Positions 19,217 to 27,612 of a stretch of 32,000 bases of DNA are shown here, piece by piece. Where the stretch lies: assembly GCF_014280175.1 (NCBI RefSeq), contig NZ_CP047931.1, positions 1,680,001-1,712,000 of the forward strand, read 5' to 3'. The notes under the pieces are model-generated. The model ran no database searches, was not told the origin of the DNA, and saw only the letters and a list, made by a program, of their open reading frames with translations. This stretch comes from Synechococcus sp. A15-28. Lineage in GTDB: Bacteria; Cyanobacteriota; Cyanobacteriia; PCC-6307; Cyanobiaceae. The stretch's first letter is position 1, and each line of letters opens with the position of its first letter. A program made the position numbers and the translations under genes.

Positions 19217-20719
19217 TCAAAACCGTCGTTTCTTTGAAACTGACTGCGCTGCAATCGATTCCAGCTGACAGACGGGTTGTTTTTTGCTGTTAGTGCTGTC
19301 ACCAGGCATTGGCCGCAGTGACCTGTAGGTCAGCGAGCTGGTGTCCTCAACAACTTCGCCGTAACCGTGATCGCAGAGCATCTCCACGCAGGCAGCAAAG
19401 TCCTTGGTTTTGTAGGTGCGCCCACCCTTCCACGTCGCTTTGGCGTGGGAGAGCTTGTAGGTCACCTCACCAAGCTCCTGGCTAACGGAGTTGATGTGCT
19501 GCATGTACCGCAGCGCCCTGTCAGCAGACTGGTTGTGGAACAGCTCTGTCTCTTGGAGACATTGATCAACGATTGCCGCTGCCTGACGCATCAGATCAAC
19601 GCTGATCTCTTGATCTTCACCAACCCACAGCATGTGCAGGTTGCCCGCAAGCCGAAGCGCATGGGCACCAGCTTTGCCCCACATCGCTGAAATCACCTTT
19701 GGCGTTGATGGATCAATCGCCTTGAGATTCCGGGGCATAAACCAGCGGTTGTAGAAACGGCGGGCTTCCGCTGAGAGCTTGTATACGCGTGGTGGTGATT
19801 TGTGGAAGCGGTCGGCGTATTTAGCCAGCACCTTGCGGGCTTCATGCAACGCGGCTTCCTCTTCTGGGGTTTCATCCTCATCACGCAGGTTGAGCCCAAC
19901 CAGCGGCACCTTCACGCAGAGCAATCGTGCAAATTTGCCGGTGGCATCTTTGCCATTGATCAGCTCTGTCAAAGCATCCGGCTGGATGTTGCCGAACACC
20001 GAAACCATGCTGCCGTCGTAATGGCGAGCACCAGCAACAACGCCGTAGCTGGTGTTGCCACCACCATCGAACAGCTCCAGAAACTGCCCTTCAGCAGTGC
20101 CGCGCCCACGCTTGGTGTCAGCGTCCATTGCCCTTAGCAAGGCGCTGAACTCTTCACGCTTGATCAGCGCACCAAGGCGTTTTGCCTCGTAGTGAGGGAG
20201 CCAAACATCAAGAGCTTCAGGCGTGTACTGCTTGATGTGTGGGTACAGCGGAAGCGGCTTAGGTGGCCTGTCTTCCTTTTTCTTGATGGCCTTGCAGTCG
20301 TGTTCCCACTGCACAACCATGCGCTCGTGATGCTCTTTGGCATCAAGGCGAATGTGGGCTGATGGGGCATCAATCAGCTTGGTGGTGTGACCTGTCTTGG
20401 ACAAACCAGTAGGGCCTACAGAGGCGATAAACAGGTTCATCGGCACGCTGTACCGGGCGCTGCATTTGACGCGGTTGCCGAGCTTCAACAGTCCGGCACA
20501 ACCAACCAAAAAGATCAGCGTTGCCGTTAGGGCGTCAGCTGGATCTTCCTGGTTGATCAGCTCAACAGCAGCAGCCAGATCGGGTGGCAGCAGGTTGTCG
20601 TAGGTAAAGGCATCCCTACCAGCAGCCAACTCAATGACCCTGGATGCACCTTCAACGCCCTCTTCAGACATAGTGATTTCATTGCGGTCAACAGCCGCCT
20701 GAATTGCCTCAGTCGTCAT
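19217..20719 (-). CDS. DUF3987-type replicative helicase/ATPase of the integrative element
   Basis: FIASVGPTGLSKTGHTTKLI P-loop-like motif, IKREEFSALLRAMD, GTAEGQFLELFDG, VSVFGNIQPDAL, characteristic of DUF3987. Start at MTTEAIQAAVD (20719) preferred over 20899. Confidence 0.78.
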   Translation of the reverse strand: MTTEAIQAAVDRNEITMSEEGVEGASRVIELAAGRDAFTYDNLLPPDLAAAVELINQEDPADALTATLIFLVGCAGLLKLGNRVKCSARYSVPMNLFIASVGPTGLSKTGHTTKLIDAPSAHIRLDAKEHHERMVVQWEHDCKAIKKKEDRPPKPLPLYPHIKQYTPEALDVWLPHYEAKRLGALIKREEFSALLRAMDADTKRGRGTAEGQFLELFDGGGNTSYGVVAGARHYDGSMVSVFGNIQPDALTELINGKDATGKFARLLCVKVPLVGLNLRDEDETPEEEAALHEARKVLAKYADRFHKSPPRVYKLSAEARRFYNRWFMPRNLKAIDPSTPKVISAMWGKAGAHALRLAGNLHMLWVGEDQEISVDLMRQAAAIVDQCLQETELFHNQSADRALRYMQHINSVSQELGEVTYKLSHAKATWKGGRTYKTKDFAACVEMLCDHGYGEVVEDTSSLTYRSLRPMPGDSTNSKKQPVCQLESIAAQSVSKKRRF

Positions 20720-21770
20720 GACGACGCCTCCAACCGTTATTGATGGCGTGGTGAAAAAGCGTTGCTGCCGTGATCTGAGCGCCACCACTGCGCACGATCT
20801 GGCTGATGTCCCAACCGCACTGCTTTGAAGGCGACCATGCCTCCAGCAGATCAACAGCGGTTTCATCGCTGTAACCGGCTTGATGGCAGGCATCCACAAC
20901 TGCCCAGCAGATGTTGCGGTGCTGGTTGTAGTTGCCTTGCCCAGCTACACGTCGCGGGATGGCAGACAGTGCTTCGCCGATCTCAGAGAGGGTGCTGTCT
21001 GGCCCGGAATAAACCTTCCGTGGACGTTCAATTGGCGGAGGTAAAGGCGGCAGCGACTCTTCAAACAGCTCAACGGGATAACGCTTGAAGCAGCCGGGCT
21101 TGATGACTGATGGCCAGCCAACTTTCAAGTCCTGGCTGATGTACCAACCACCAGGCAGGCGCATCAGACGGCTTGGATCCTTGATTGCTGTGTCGCTATT
21201 GCAGTGCTTGATCAACCGCTGCATCAACGGACGCCAGCGTTGAACTGAGATCGGCTGCTCCAGCGTCCAGAAGCTGTGGACTGATTTGCCACCGGTTGCG
21301 ACGCAAACCGTTGGATCAGGCAGACCAACCTCTGCTGGCCTAGCGAACTGTTGCCGCATGGGAATGTCGTCCCACTCAACAAACAGCGACTGACAGCTGG
21401 TTATGTCGGCGGCTTTGTCGCCACCAAGGTTTGGCACGGCGTAAAGGCCGTAGCCCTTGGCTTGAGCAAGCGGGAAGTCTTGCCAGTCATCTTTGAGCCA
21501 ACCGCTGTAAGCCCTGCCATTGCCACGCGGTAGTGCCCGGTAGCGGACATCAGCAGGATCACGGTTGAGGTAATGGCACCACCTTTCAGCCTGTTGCCAG
21601 TCGAAAGGGAAAAAATGCGCACCAAACTGCGCACAATCCTTACCCGAGGGCCACCAATCTTCAGGCTCCGGCCAGCATGTCACCGGAGTTACCAACTGCT
21701 GAAATAGCAGTGGGTCACCTAAACTGGGTTCAATCCACGGACCCAGGTCGGAGCTAATTGTTCCGGCCAT
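20709..21770 (-). CDS. Primase-like replication protein (AEP/PrimPol-like)
   Basis: 353 aa; SLFVEWDD, ATGGKSVHSFWTL, DTAIKDPSRLMRLPG motifs of plasmid/phage-type primases; overlaps the DUF3987 gene start by 11 nt. Confidence 0.7.
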   Translation of the reverse strand: MAGTISSDLGPWIEPSLGDPLLFQQLVTPVTCWPEPEDWWPSGKDCAQFGAHFFPFDWQQAERWCHYLNRDPADVRYRALPRGNGRAYSGWLKDDWQDFPLAQAKGYGLYAVPNLGGDKAADITSCQSLFVEWDDIPMRQQFARPAEVGLPDPTVCVATGGKSVHSFWTLEQPISVQRWRPLMQRLIKHCNSDTAIKDPSRLMRLPGGWYISQDLKVGWPSVIKPGCFKRYPVELFEESLPPLPPPIERPRKVYSGPDSTLSEIGEALSAIPRRVAGQGNYNQHRNICWAVVDACHQAGYSDETAVDLLEAWSPSKQCGWDISQIVRSGGAQITAATLFHHAINNGWRRRHDD

Positions 21771-21772
21771 TT

Positions 21773-22003
21773 TTATGCCTGCTCTTGACGACGGAGCATT
21801 CCAAGCCGGTGAAACTTTTCACGGCAGCGATCAACATCCCAAGTAATTGGGCTGGTCTTGTGTTGGCCAAGGAAATAATCCTCACCACCAATCAATGGAC
21901 CACCTTTGGTGTCCATTTGGCGTTTTAGGTGGCCTTGGCTGATTGCCATCACGTTGGCAGCATCAACCGTCTTCAAAACCAATCGTGGCTTCGTTAATTC
22001 CAT
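21773..22003 (-). CDS. Small putative DNA-binding protein at the head of the replication operon
   Basis: 76 aa ORF directly upstream of and tightly linked to the primase-like gene, same strand. Confidence 0.5.
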   Translation of the reverse strand: MELTKPRLVLKTVDAANVMAISQGHLKRQMDTKGGPLIGGEDYFLGQHKTSPITWDVDRCREKFHRLGMLRRQEQA

Positions 22004-22307
22004 TGGAATCAGAGGAATACAGAACTGTTTGCGGATTGCAGAGCTGCTATTCCTGACCCCACCGGCGTAACCGGTGACTCACACAGTTGAAATCGGGGGT
22101 GGAACCTCCCGATAGCCCGGTCAGTGTTTCGCCGTAGACGGAACTGAATTGCAAAGCGACTTGATTGCCGCTGATCAATATTTACAGGATGTCGCAACCG
22201 ATTGCAACTGAATTACCACCATAGATGGTGTCAACGATCCAAATCTGGCCTTTTTCGGGCCTTTTCAACACTATTTCTGGGTTTATCAACGGGGCCTGTG
22301 GACAAAC

Positions 22308-23633
22308 TCAGGGGGCAGGGATGGTGGACACACCAGCGTTCGTTTTGGCCAAAGCTGCATCCATTGATTCGCGATCAAGCCAGTGGCCGTAATGCTTTAG
22401 ATGCGTCAAAAGCGAATGCCGCAGCCACTTTGCGGCCACCCGTTCGTGCATGTGATTCTCAGATTCAATGTGAGCCCTGAAGGCCCAGGCGTGCCTCAAG
22501 CTGTTCGCCGTGACATCGGGGTTGCCTGCCTTGATTACGTCACACCAGTAAGGAAAACGATTCAGCTGCTGACCAACCTCAGCGCCAACACCTTGAAAAC
22601 TATTTTTCTCGCTGATCATGGCGATCTGATTTCTGACAGCCTTGGGCAACCGCACCAATCCTGATTCGAAGGCAGCCAACATCTGCTGCGCTTCACCAGC
22701 AGGACGACCAGCAATTGCAAGCGGCATCACTGGATCAGGTGCCTTAGCTGGTTTGAACATGTTGCGGTGGTTCCGCTTGATGTGGCCGATGGTTGCCTGA
22801 CCATCTTTGACCTGCAAAACGGAAACTTCACCAGGCCGCAAACCCAGATAACTGATCAATCCAACGCAAAGCTTGAGGTCGTGCCGACCTGCCTCTTCCA
22901 AAGCATCCAACAGGTCACTGATCTGATGGCTCTTCAACGGTGGCGTTGCCTTGGCAGCTTCAACCTCAGCTGTTGCCGTACCAACCAGCTCACGCATCAG
23001 TTCCGTATCTGCTGCACCTGATGGAGGCACAAACCGCGCAGGCAGCATTTGACGATTAGTTGCCCACTTCAGAAACGCCACGCAGTCCTTCAGCGCCCTG
23101 GCACGCCCAGTGCCACCTGCAGCGACAACAGCGTTGCCATCAGCGTCATAGAAGTGCTGAGCGGCGTAAGCCCTCAAAGCAGCTTCAGCGTTGCGTGGTT
23201 TTGGAGCCGTGCCAACGGTGTTCAGGAGCTTCTGCAGCCGTGCAGAGGTCCACTTAATGGTGTTGGGCCTGCAGCCGCTTTTCGTCGCCATAAAGGCTTC
23301 AAGGGCTGTCTTCCATGCCTTCTCACCTGACCTAACGGTTGCGGCTGCTTGCTTTGGATCAGCAAGGGAATCGCCGTACTGCTTAACCGCTTTTTTGAGG
23401 GGCAGGTTCTGCTGCTCCATCAGGTTTCTGATGGCAGTGACCCAGTTCAAGATTGGTGTGCCGGAGTCCTTGCGCCAGGGCAACGGCAGGTATGCCGAAG
23501 ATCTGCTGTCGTCTTCAAACCGGCGGGTCAATTGCACCGTGCCTCGGTGGTCACGAATGGACCAGCCAAAGCCGTGTTCAGCTTTCAGCTGCCTTCTGAC
23601 GGTGACGAACCACTGTTCTCGCTTTGCGGGCAT
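22308..23633 (-). CDS. Tyrosine recombinase/integrase
   Basis: GLRPGEVSVLQV (catalytic R region), DVTANSLRHAWAFRAH (HxxR-like), WLRHSLLTHLKHYGHW (terminal Tyr). Start MPAKREQW at 23633 preferred; the 23696 start would translate the arm repeats. Confidence 0.85.
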   Translation of the reverse strand: MPAKREQWFVTVRRQLKAEHGFGWSIRDHRGTVQLTRRFEDDSRSSAYLPLPWRKDSGTPILNWVTAIRNLMEQQNLPLKKAVKQYGDSLADPKQAAATVRSGEKAWKTALEAFMATKSGCRPNTIKWTSARLQKLLNTVGTAPKPRNAEAALRAYAAQHFYDADGNAVVAAGGTGRARALKDCVAFLKWATNRQMLPARFVPPSGAADTELMRELVGTATAEVEAAKATPPLKSHQISDLLDALEEAGRHDLKLCVGLISYLGLRPGEVSVLQVKDGQATIGHIKRNHRNMFKPAKAPDPVMPLAIAGRPAGEAQQMLAAFESGLVRLPKAVRNQIAMISEKNSFQGVGAEVGQQLNRFPYWCDVIKAGNPDVTANSLRHAWAFRAHIESENHMHERVAAKWLRHSLLTHLKHYGHWLDRESMDAALAKTNAGVSTIPAP

Positions 23634-23664
23634 GACCGACTGCCTAGGGGCAGCTGCTCGGGTC

Positions 23665-23686
23665 TGTGCGCAGAATTGTGCGCAGA
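23665..23686 (+). repeat. Candidate integrase arm-type site, right end
   Basis: TGTGCGCAGAATTGTGCGCAGA, exact match to 11297..11318; an additional half unit TGTGCGCA at 23721..23728. Confidence 0.6.
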
Positions 23687-23816
23687 ATGGTTGCAACAGT
23701 CAAGAACGGGTTGCAACTTCTGTGCGCATGGCCTGACAGCTAGCCCAGTTACACCAATAGGTTTTTCCAGTGATTACGAGAATTTGACCCCGTTACCAGC
23801 ACCTACTGACCAATTA

Positions 23817-23859
23817 CCTTCTAAGCAGTCGGCCGTAGGTTCAAATCCTACAGGGGGCG
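23817..23859 (+). repeat. attR: displaced tRNA-Arg 3' fragment
   Basis: CCTTCTAAGCAGTCGGCCGTAGGTTCAAATCCTACAGGGGGCG; 37/43 identical to 11189..11231, first 16 nt exact. Confidence 0.9.
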
Positions 23860-23870
23860 CTAGTTATACC

Positions 23871-23904
23871 AACGGTTCTCAGCCAAAGCTGGGGGCCGTT
23901 TTTT
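23871..23904 (+). terminator. Duplicated tRNA terminator beyond attR
   Basis: AACGGTTCTCAGC-CAAA-GCTGGGGGCCGTT, 13-bp stem including G-U pairs, followed by a T-tract. Confidence 0.8.
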
Positions 23905-23947
23905 CTTAAATGTCACTTTTGGCACTCCAGACGGTACTCCGAAAAAA

Positions 23948-24246
23948 TCAACGGCGATGGACTGGATACGCGTGAGATCCCAGTCCACACAGGAGGTTTA
24001 GTTCCCTGAAGGCTGCAACGCATGCACCTGAGTTGCCTTTCTCCAAACCTTTCGCTGCTGCCGCATGCAACCAGTGAATCGAAAGCGCCAACAGCTCCTT
24101 TCGATCTACGGAAACTTGGTCAACGTCATCGTGAATTAACTGCCAACTGAGACGTAGAAGCCGGTATGCCGTTCTTGCAGAGACGTGCCACCCCTAACCA
24201 CTAGCTTTTCTTGCGCCTCGTGGAAGCTGCGGTCCTTGCTAGGCAT
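23948..24246 (-). pseudogene. Decayed terminase-small-subunit/HTH-like gene relic
   Basis: ATG at 24246 gives MPSKDRSFHEAQEKLVVRGG; after a frame change, 24193..23948 encodes GWHVSARTAYRLLRLSWQLIHDDVDQVSVDRKELLALSIHWLHAAAAKGLEKGNSGACVAAFRELNLLCGLGSHAYPVHRR*. Confidence 0.5.
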
Positions 24247-24283
24247 TTATATGGTCTAAGCAGCTGTCCCCAGTCCTTGAAGC

Positions 24284-24460
24284 ATGGGTACGAAAACCAA
24301 AACCACCGGCCCGATCGCTAGGGCTATTGCATGGGACAGGACCTTCCACAAAATGGTGCGAAAGCGTTTGGGCCTCAGCAAGTACCAGTACTTGACCCTG
24401 ACCTTTGCCAAAGGTCTGGTGGTCGGCTATGTGCTGGCGTTTCTGTTCCACCACCACTAA
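24284..24460 (+). CDS. Small conserved picocyanobacterial-type protein
   Basis: 58 aa MGTKTKTTGPIARAIAWDRTFHKMVRKRLGLSKYQYLTLTFAKGLVVGYVLAFLFHHH*; absent from the supplied ORF track, read directly. Confidence 0.6.
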   Translation: MGTKTKTTGPIARAIAWDRTFHKMVRKRLGLSKYQYLTLTFAKGLVVGYVLAFLFHHH

Positions 24461-24522
24461 ATCCGCTGCCATCGTTAGCGCATGAAACCCCTTGATCGAC
24501 TCGGCAACTGAGGCGGCCAAAA

Positions 24523-24550
24523 AGAAACCCCCGCCAAAGGCAGGGGTTTT
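24523..24550 (-). terminator. Terminator-like hairpin between small genes
   Basis: ACCCCCGCC-AAA-GGCAGGGGTTTTT hairpin. Confidence 0.5.
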
Positions 24551-24573
24551 TGGATCTTCTGATTAAGCCTGAA

Positions 24574-24675
24574 TCACTTGGCGTATGAAACGCCGCGATA
24601 GGTCAGAGCAGGCTTGTTAGAGGCGCCAGCCATTTTCTGCTGGTCGTACTTCTGGCCGCGATAGGTCAGGGTCAT
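24574..24675 (-). CDS. DUF4278 family micro-protein
   Basis: 33 aa MTLTYRGQKYDQQKMAGASNKPALTYRGVSYAK*, with two (L)TYRG motifs; below the ORF-track size limit. Confidence 0.8.
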   Translation of the reverse strand: MTLTYRGQKYDQQKMAGASNKPALTYRGVSYAK

Positions 24676-25356
24676 TTGAGGTTCCTCAGAAATCCAGGTC
24701 CCCGTTCCTTGGCCTGGTGATCTGCGCCTTGCAGAAGCAAGGTGAACGTTGTCAGTAGCGGTTGCTACAACTCCTTTACAGAGGGGGCGTCAACACCCTT
24801 GTCGTTCAGGCGGATACATATCGTGCTTTTGGCTCGCCCTGCTCAGTGGCTTGCGCAAAAAGAAACCCCGGAGAGATCCCCGAGGTCAAAAATCCTTTCG
24901 GCTGATCCCCATCATCCGGCCGGACCCGATAAAGCTAACCTCATTGGACTCATTTGTGCCACGAGGAACTGATTTCCTCAATTGTGTATTGAAGTTCTGT
25001 TCCGACTTTGATGACACTATATGTGGGGCTAGTCAGCGCGAGGATGCTGCGCCATATTTGGATCTCCCCCATCACCCTGCCCGTTGTGCAAGTCACACCG
25101 GGTTTTTTTGTGCCCTAAAGCACTAGGGATGGTGCCATGAGCGGCCATTGCGGTCCAAAGACACAGCTTGGATCCACTGACCCTGTGGATAACTGAGGTC
25201 AAAAAGAAACCCCCGCCAAAGGCAGGGGCTCCGAAACCTCACGGGGGTGTGACCTTGTTTCCAACCCGTGAAGTTTTCCCTCACAACTGAACTGTAAGCG
25301 TCCCAACTGTCACTGTGCCAGTTGGGCGGGGACAGCTTGTGGCTTGTCCTAAGCCA

Positions 25357-25533
25357 TCAAGCCTCGGCTTCTTTCTTGTTGGTCTGATTGTTGTCGATCT
25401 GCTCGGAGGCTCCTTCGGCAGACTTGCTGTACGAGCAACCGCCAGCATTGGCGATGTTGGCGAAGGCAGCCATGACCATGATCGCGATGATCACAGTGCC
25501 ACCAAAGAAGGCAATGTTCGGATGACGGTTCAC
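25357..25533 (-). CDS. Small membrane/secreted protein, GTG start
   Basis: 58 aa VNRHPNIAFFGGTVIIAIMVMAAFANIANAGGCSYSKSAEGASEQIDNNQTNKKEAEA*; one hydrophobic segment. Confidence 0.55.
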   Translation of the reverse strand: MNRHPNIAFFGGTVIIAIMVMAAFANIANAGGCSYSKSAEGASEQIDNNQTNKKEAEA

Positions 25534-26764
25534 AAGAGATAGTCAAGGGTCTGTGGACCCTATCGACTCAATTCGGATCCTGGGAACGATGTGAGCAACA
25601 ACGTCGGCGTTGATCGAGGGGAAACGGCACTCGGCTTGTCATGGCCATGCTCAAGCAAAAAAAGGGAGAAGGCCCCTCAGCCCACTCCCCTGACGCATCC
25701 GAGGCAATGCCTCAATACCGTTCACTACATCCATGCAGCTCGTCCGGTAGCCCCGCGAACCTGAGTAGCCATTGATAGGTATTACAACTTATGTGGGAAT
25801 CTTTCTCATCCAACCGATGATGAAGATGGAGCGATCACTACGGCAACGCCCTGGGAGATGAAAGCCAGCGGGTTCCCTCACCCGCTTCTCCCTAAAGACC
25901 TTTGGAACATTTTTGTTATTAGGTCAGGGAAATAACCAACTCCTAGCCGGCTCCTGGGGCCCAACCAGCCCCAGCACGCCACCCTTCCAGCCCTGCAGCT
26001 TACTTTCGTCGAAGAAATCCCAGTCCTCCATCGCCCATGGCCGCTAGTACACAAGCACTAGACTCGATGCAGGATTTTGTGCAACTACCTGCAAAGCTGC
26101 GCGCAATCTTGCGTGCAGACAGCAGAAATTCGCTGAGATCGACTGCCACCACTAGCTTTGCTAGAATGCAGTCTAGGGGGCGTCAATTCATGCAGATCTT
26201 GCGCAGGGCTCCCACAACAAACCTCAACGATCGTTGATTCCATTCTGATCGGGTCGATCAGAGCGGATTCTTCACCACCGCATCGCCCGTCATCTGGCAA
26301 AAAAAAGAGGTCAGGCCCCTCAGCCCTCCCTCCCATCGCTGGACGCATTCAAGGCAAAAATTGCCTTCCAGATCACCATGGCTCAACGACTGCCCAACCA
26401 AGCACAGTGACATTTCATCCATCCAGATGCTTTCATTCGAGGTGATGATGGTCATCAGTATGGGGACTCCAGCCCGCTTGCTTCCTCTTCACTGCCATGG
26501 GTTATGGCCAAACTTCTTCGACTCGCCCTCACAACATCTGCATCGTGGCTATCTCCAGCATCTGCACTGGCATCTGAATGCGTGACCATCTCGAGCAACA
26601 GTGATCCGAGTCGTGGTGACGTGGCATGTAAGCGTGTGGCCAGAAGCAGCACCAACGGGATCGGTTTCTGGCGTTGCTGCCGTGATCAATCTCAATAAAT
26701 GCGTGTTCCATCGACTGTGCTCAGCGGAATTGTTCGCACTGCCGACAAGCAACCCCTCAACACC

Positions 26765-26793
26765 TTAACGAATGAGGGCTGTTGAGTTATAAT
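26765..26793 (+). promoter_or_regulatory. Putative sigma70-type promoter
   Basis: TTAACG, 17 nt spacer, TATAAT, about 18 nt before the ATG at 26812. Confidence 0.5.
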
Positions 26794-26811
26794 ACTTCTA
26801 GAAAGAACAAC

Positions 26812-27066
26812 ATGAAGGACATCAAAGACAATCCTCTCTCATTTGCTGCCAAAGACGCAAAGAAGATTCAGCACCAAAGGCAAGCGGAAGCGTTTTTCCG
26901 GCAGGCACAAACCGTGATTGTGACGCAACAGGATTGGCAAGCCTGTGGATCCCTCATTCTCAAGGGCCTAGCCGAAGAGCGTAAAGCCATGAATTCAGGC
27001 GTTCAGGTGCTGAACGTGATTCGCCAACGACCCAAAACACGTCTTGAATTCAGTTTTCGCAGCTGA
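26812..27066 (+). CDS. Hypothetical protein
   Basis: 84 aa MKDIKDNPLSFAAKDAKKIQHQRQAEAFFRQAQTVIVT...; preceded by a good promoter. Confidence 0.55.
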   Translation: MKDIKDNPLSFAAKDAKKIQHQRQAEAFFRQAQTVIVTQQDWQACGSLILKGLAEERKAMNSGVQVLNVIRQRPKTRLEFSFRS

Positions 27067-27254
27067 CTGCCCCCCTAATATCGCTTGGTCTTCATTTACA
27101 CCAACGGGATATATCAAAACAACCGCAATTCAGGGTCAAGATAAAAAAATTGACACCAGTGATTACAGCACCTCACAAAGCCAGTGTGATTAAATTATGT
27201 GTCAAGGAATACTTTCAATAACTGGAGTGCCTGACAAGGTAGTGCCATCCAAGA

Positions 27255-27560
27255 ATGAACAATGGCAGCGAAATTTCTGACAATATACGCGTGATCTGCA
27301 AGGAAGGTTGTGAGGAGTCATTTGTTGCCGCCACGGAAGCCTGGATCAACCCTGATGGAATGCTGGATGCTTATTGGGCGAAAACTGGAGAGCGGAGCTA
27401 CTGCTTCGTGGGTCTCTGGGAAAGTGAAGAAAAGCTTGTGGAAGCCCGACCACAGATGATTCAGCACCTCAACGAGGTACGAGATTTCCTACAGGAACTC
27501 TCGCCAGAACTTGGTGTAACGGATCCCGTTTCAGGTGCTGTGGTGACCCATAAGGAGTGA
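27255..27560 (+). CDS. Antibiotic biosynthesis monooxygenase (ABM)-like small protein
   Basis: 101 aa; IRVICKEGCEESFVAATEAW...GERSYCFVGLWESEEKLVEARPQMIQHLNEVRDFLQEL, ferredoxin-like ABM pattern. Confidence 0.55.
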   Translation: MNNGSEISDNIRVICKEGCEESFVAATEAWINPDGMLDAYWAKTGERSYCFVGLWESEEKLVEARPQMIQHLNEVRDFLQELSPELGVTDPVSGAVVTHKE

Positions 27561-27612
27561 TTGACAACGGCCTGTCCGCGGACCCATCACCATTCACCCC
27601 ACCGGCAAACCA

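Larger units (their letters stand above)
11205..23832. mobile_element. tRNA-Arg-integrated element, tycheposon/satellite-like, ~12.6 kb
   Basis: Bounded by the shared anticodon-arm core CCTTCTAAGCAGTCGG (11189..11204 and 23817..23832). Tyrosine recombinase at one end, DUF3987 + primase-like replication module, AT-rich cargo. Confidence 0.9.

Noticed and set aside
19008-19220. 70-aa minus-strand ORF between the helicase-PLD and DUF3987 genes
   Set aside because: No motif, and overlaps the helicase start; likely intergenic/promoter DNA.
11205-23832. CRISPR array or retron-like structure in the element
   Set aside because: No regularly spaced repeats and no reverse transcriptase motifs seen; the only repeats found are the att/arm motifs.
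23349-23909. 186-aa plus-strand ORF across the integrase start and attR
   Set aside because: Mostly antisense to the integrase gene and runs through arm sites and tRNA remnant; no protein-like pattern.
24255-24263. TCTAAGCAG matching part of the att core
   Set aside because: Only 9 nt matches and the flanks differ; insufficient to claim another integration site.
24239-24520. 93-aa minus-strand ORF
   Set aside because: Opposite the more coherent small protein 24284..24460; reads like a shadow ORF.
24749-25126. 125-aa plus-strand ORF and overlapping 76-aa ORF
   Set aside because: Low-complexity mixed composition, contains terminator-like segments; no recognisable protein features.
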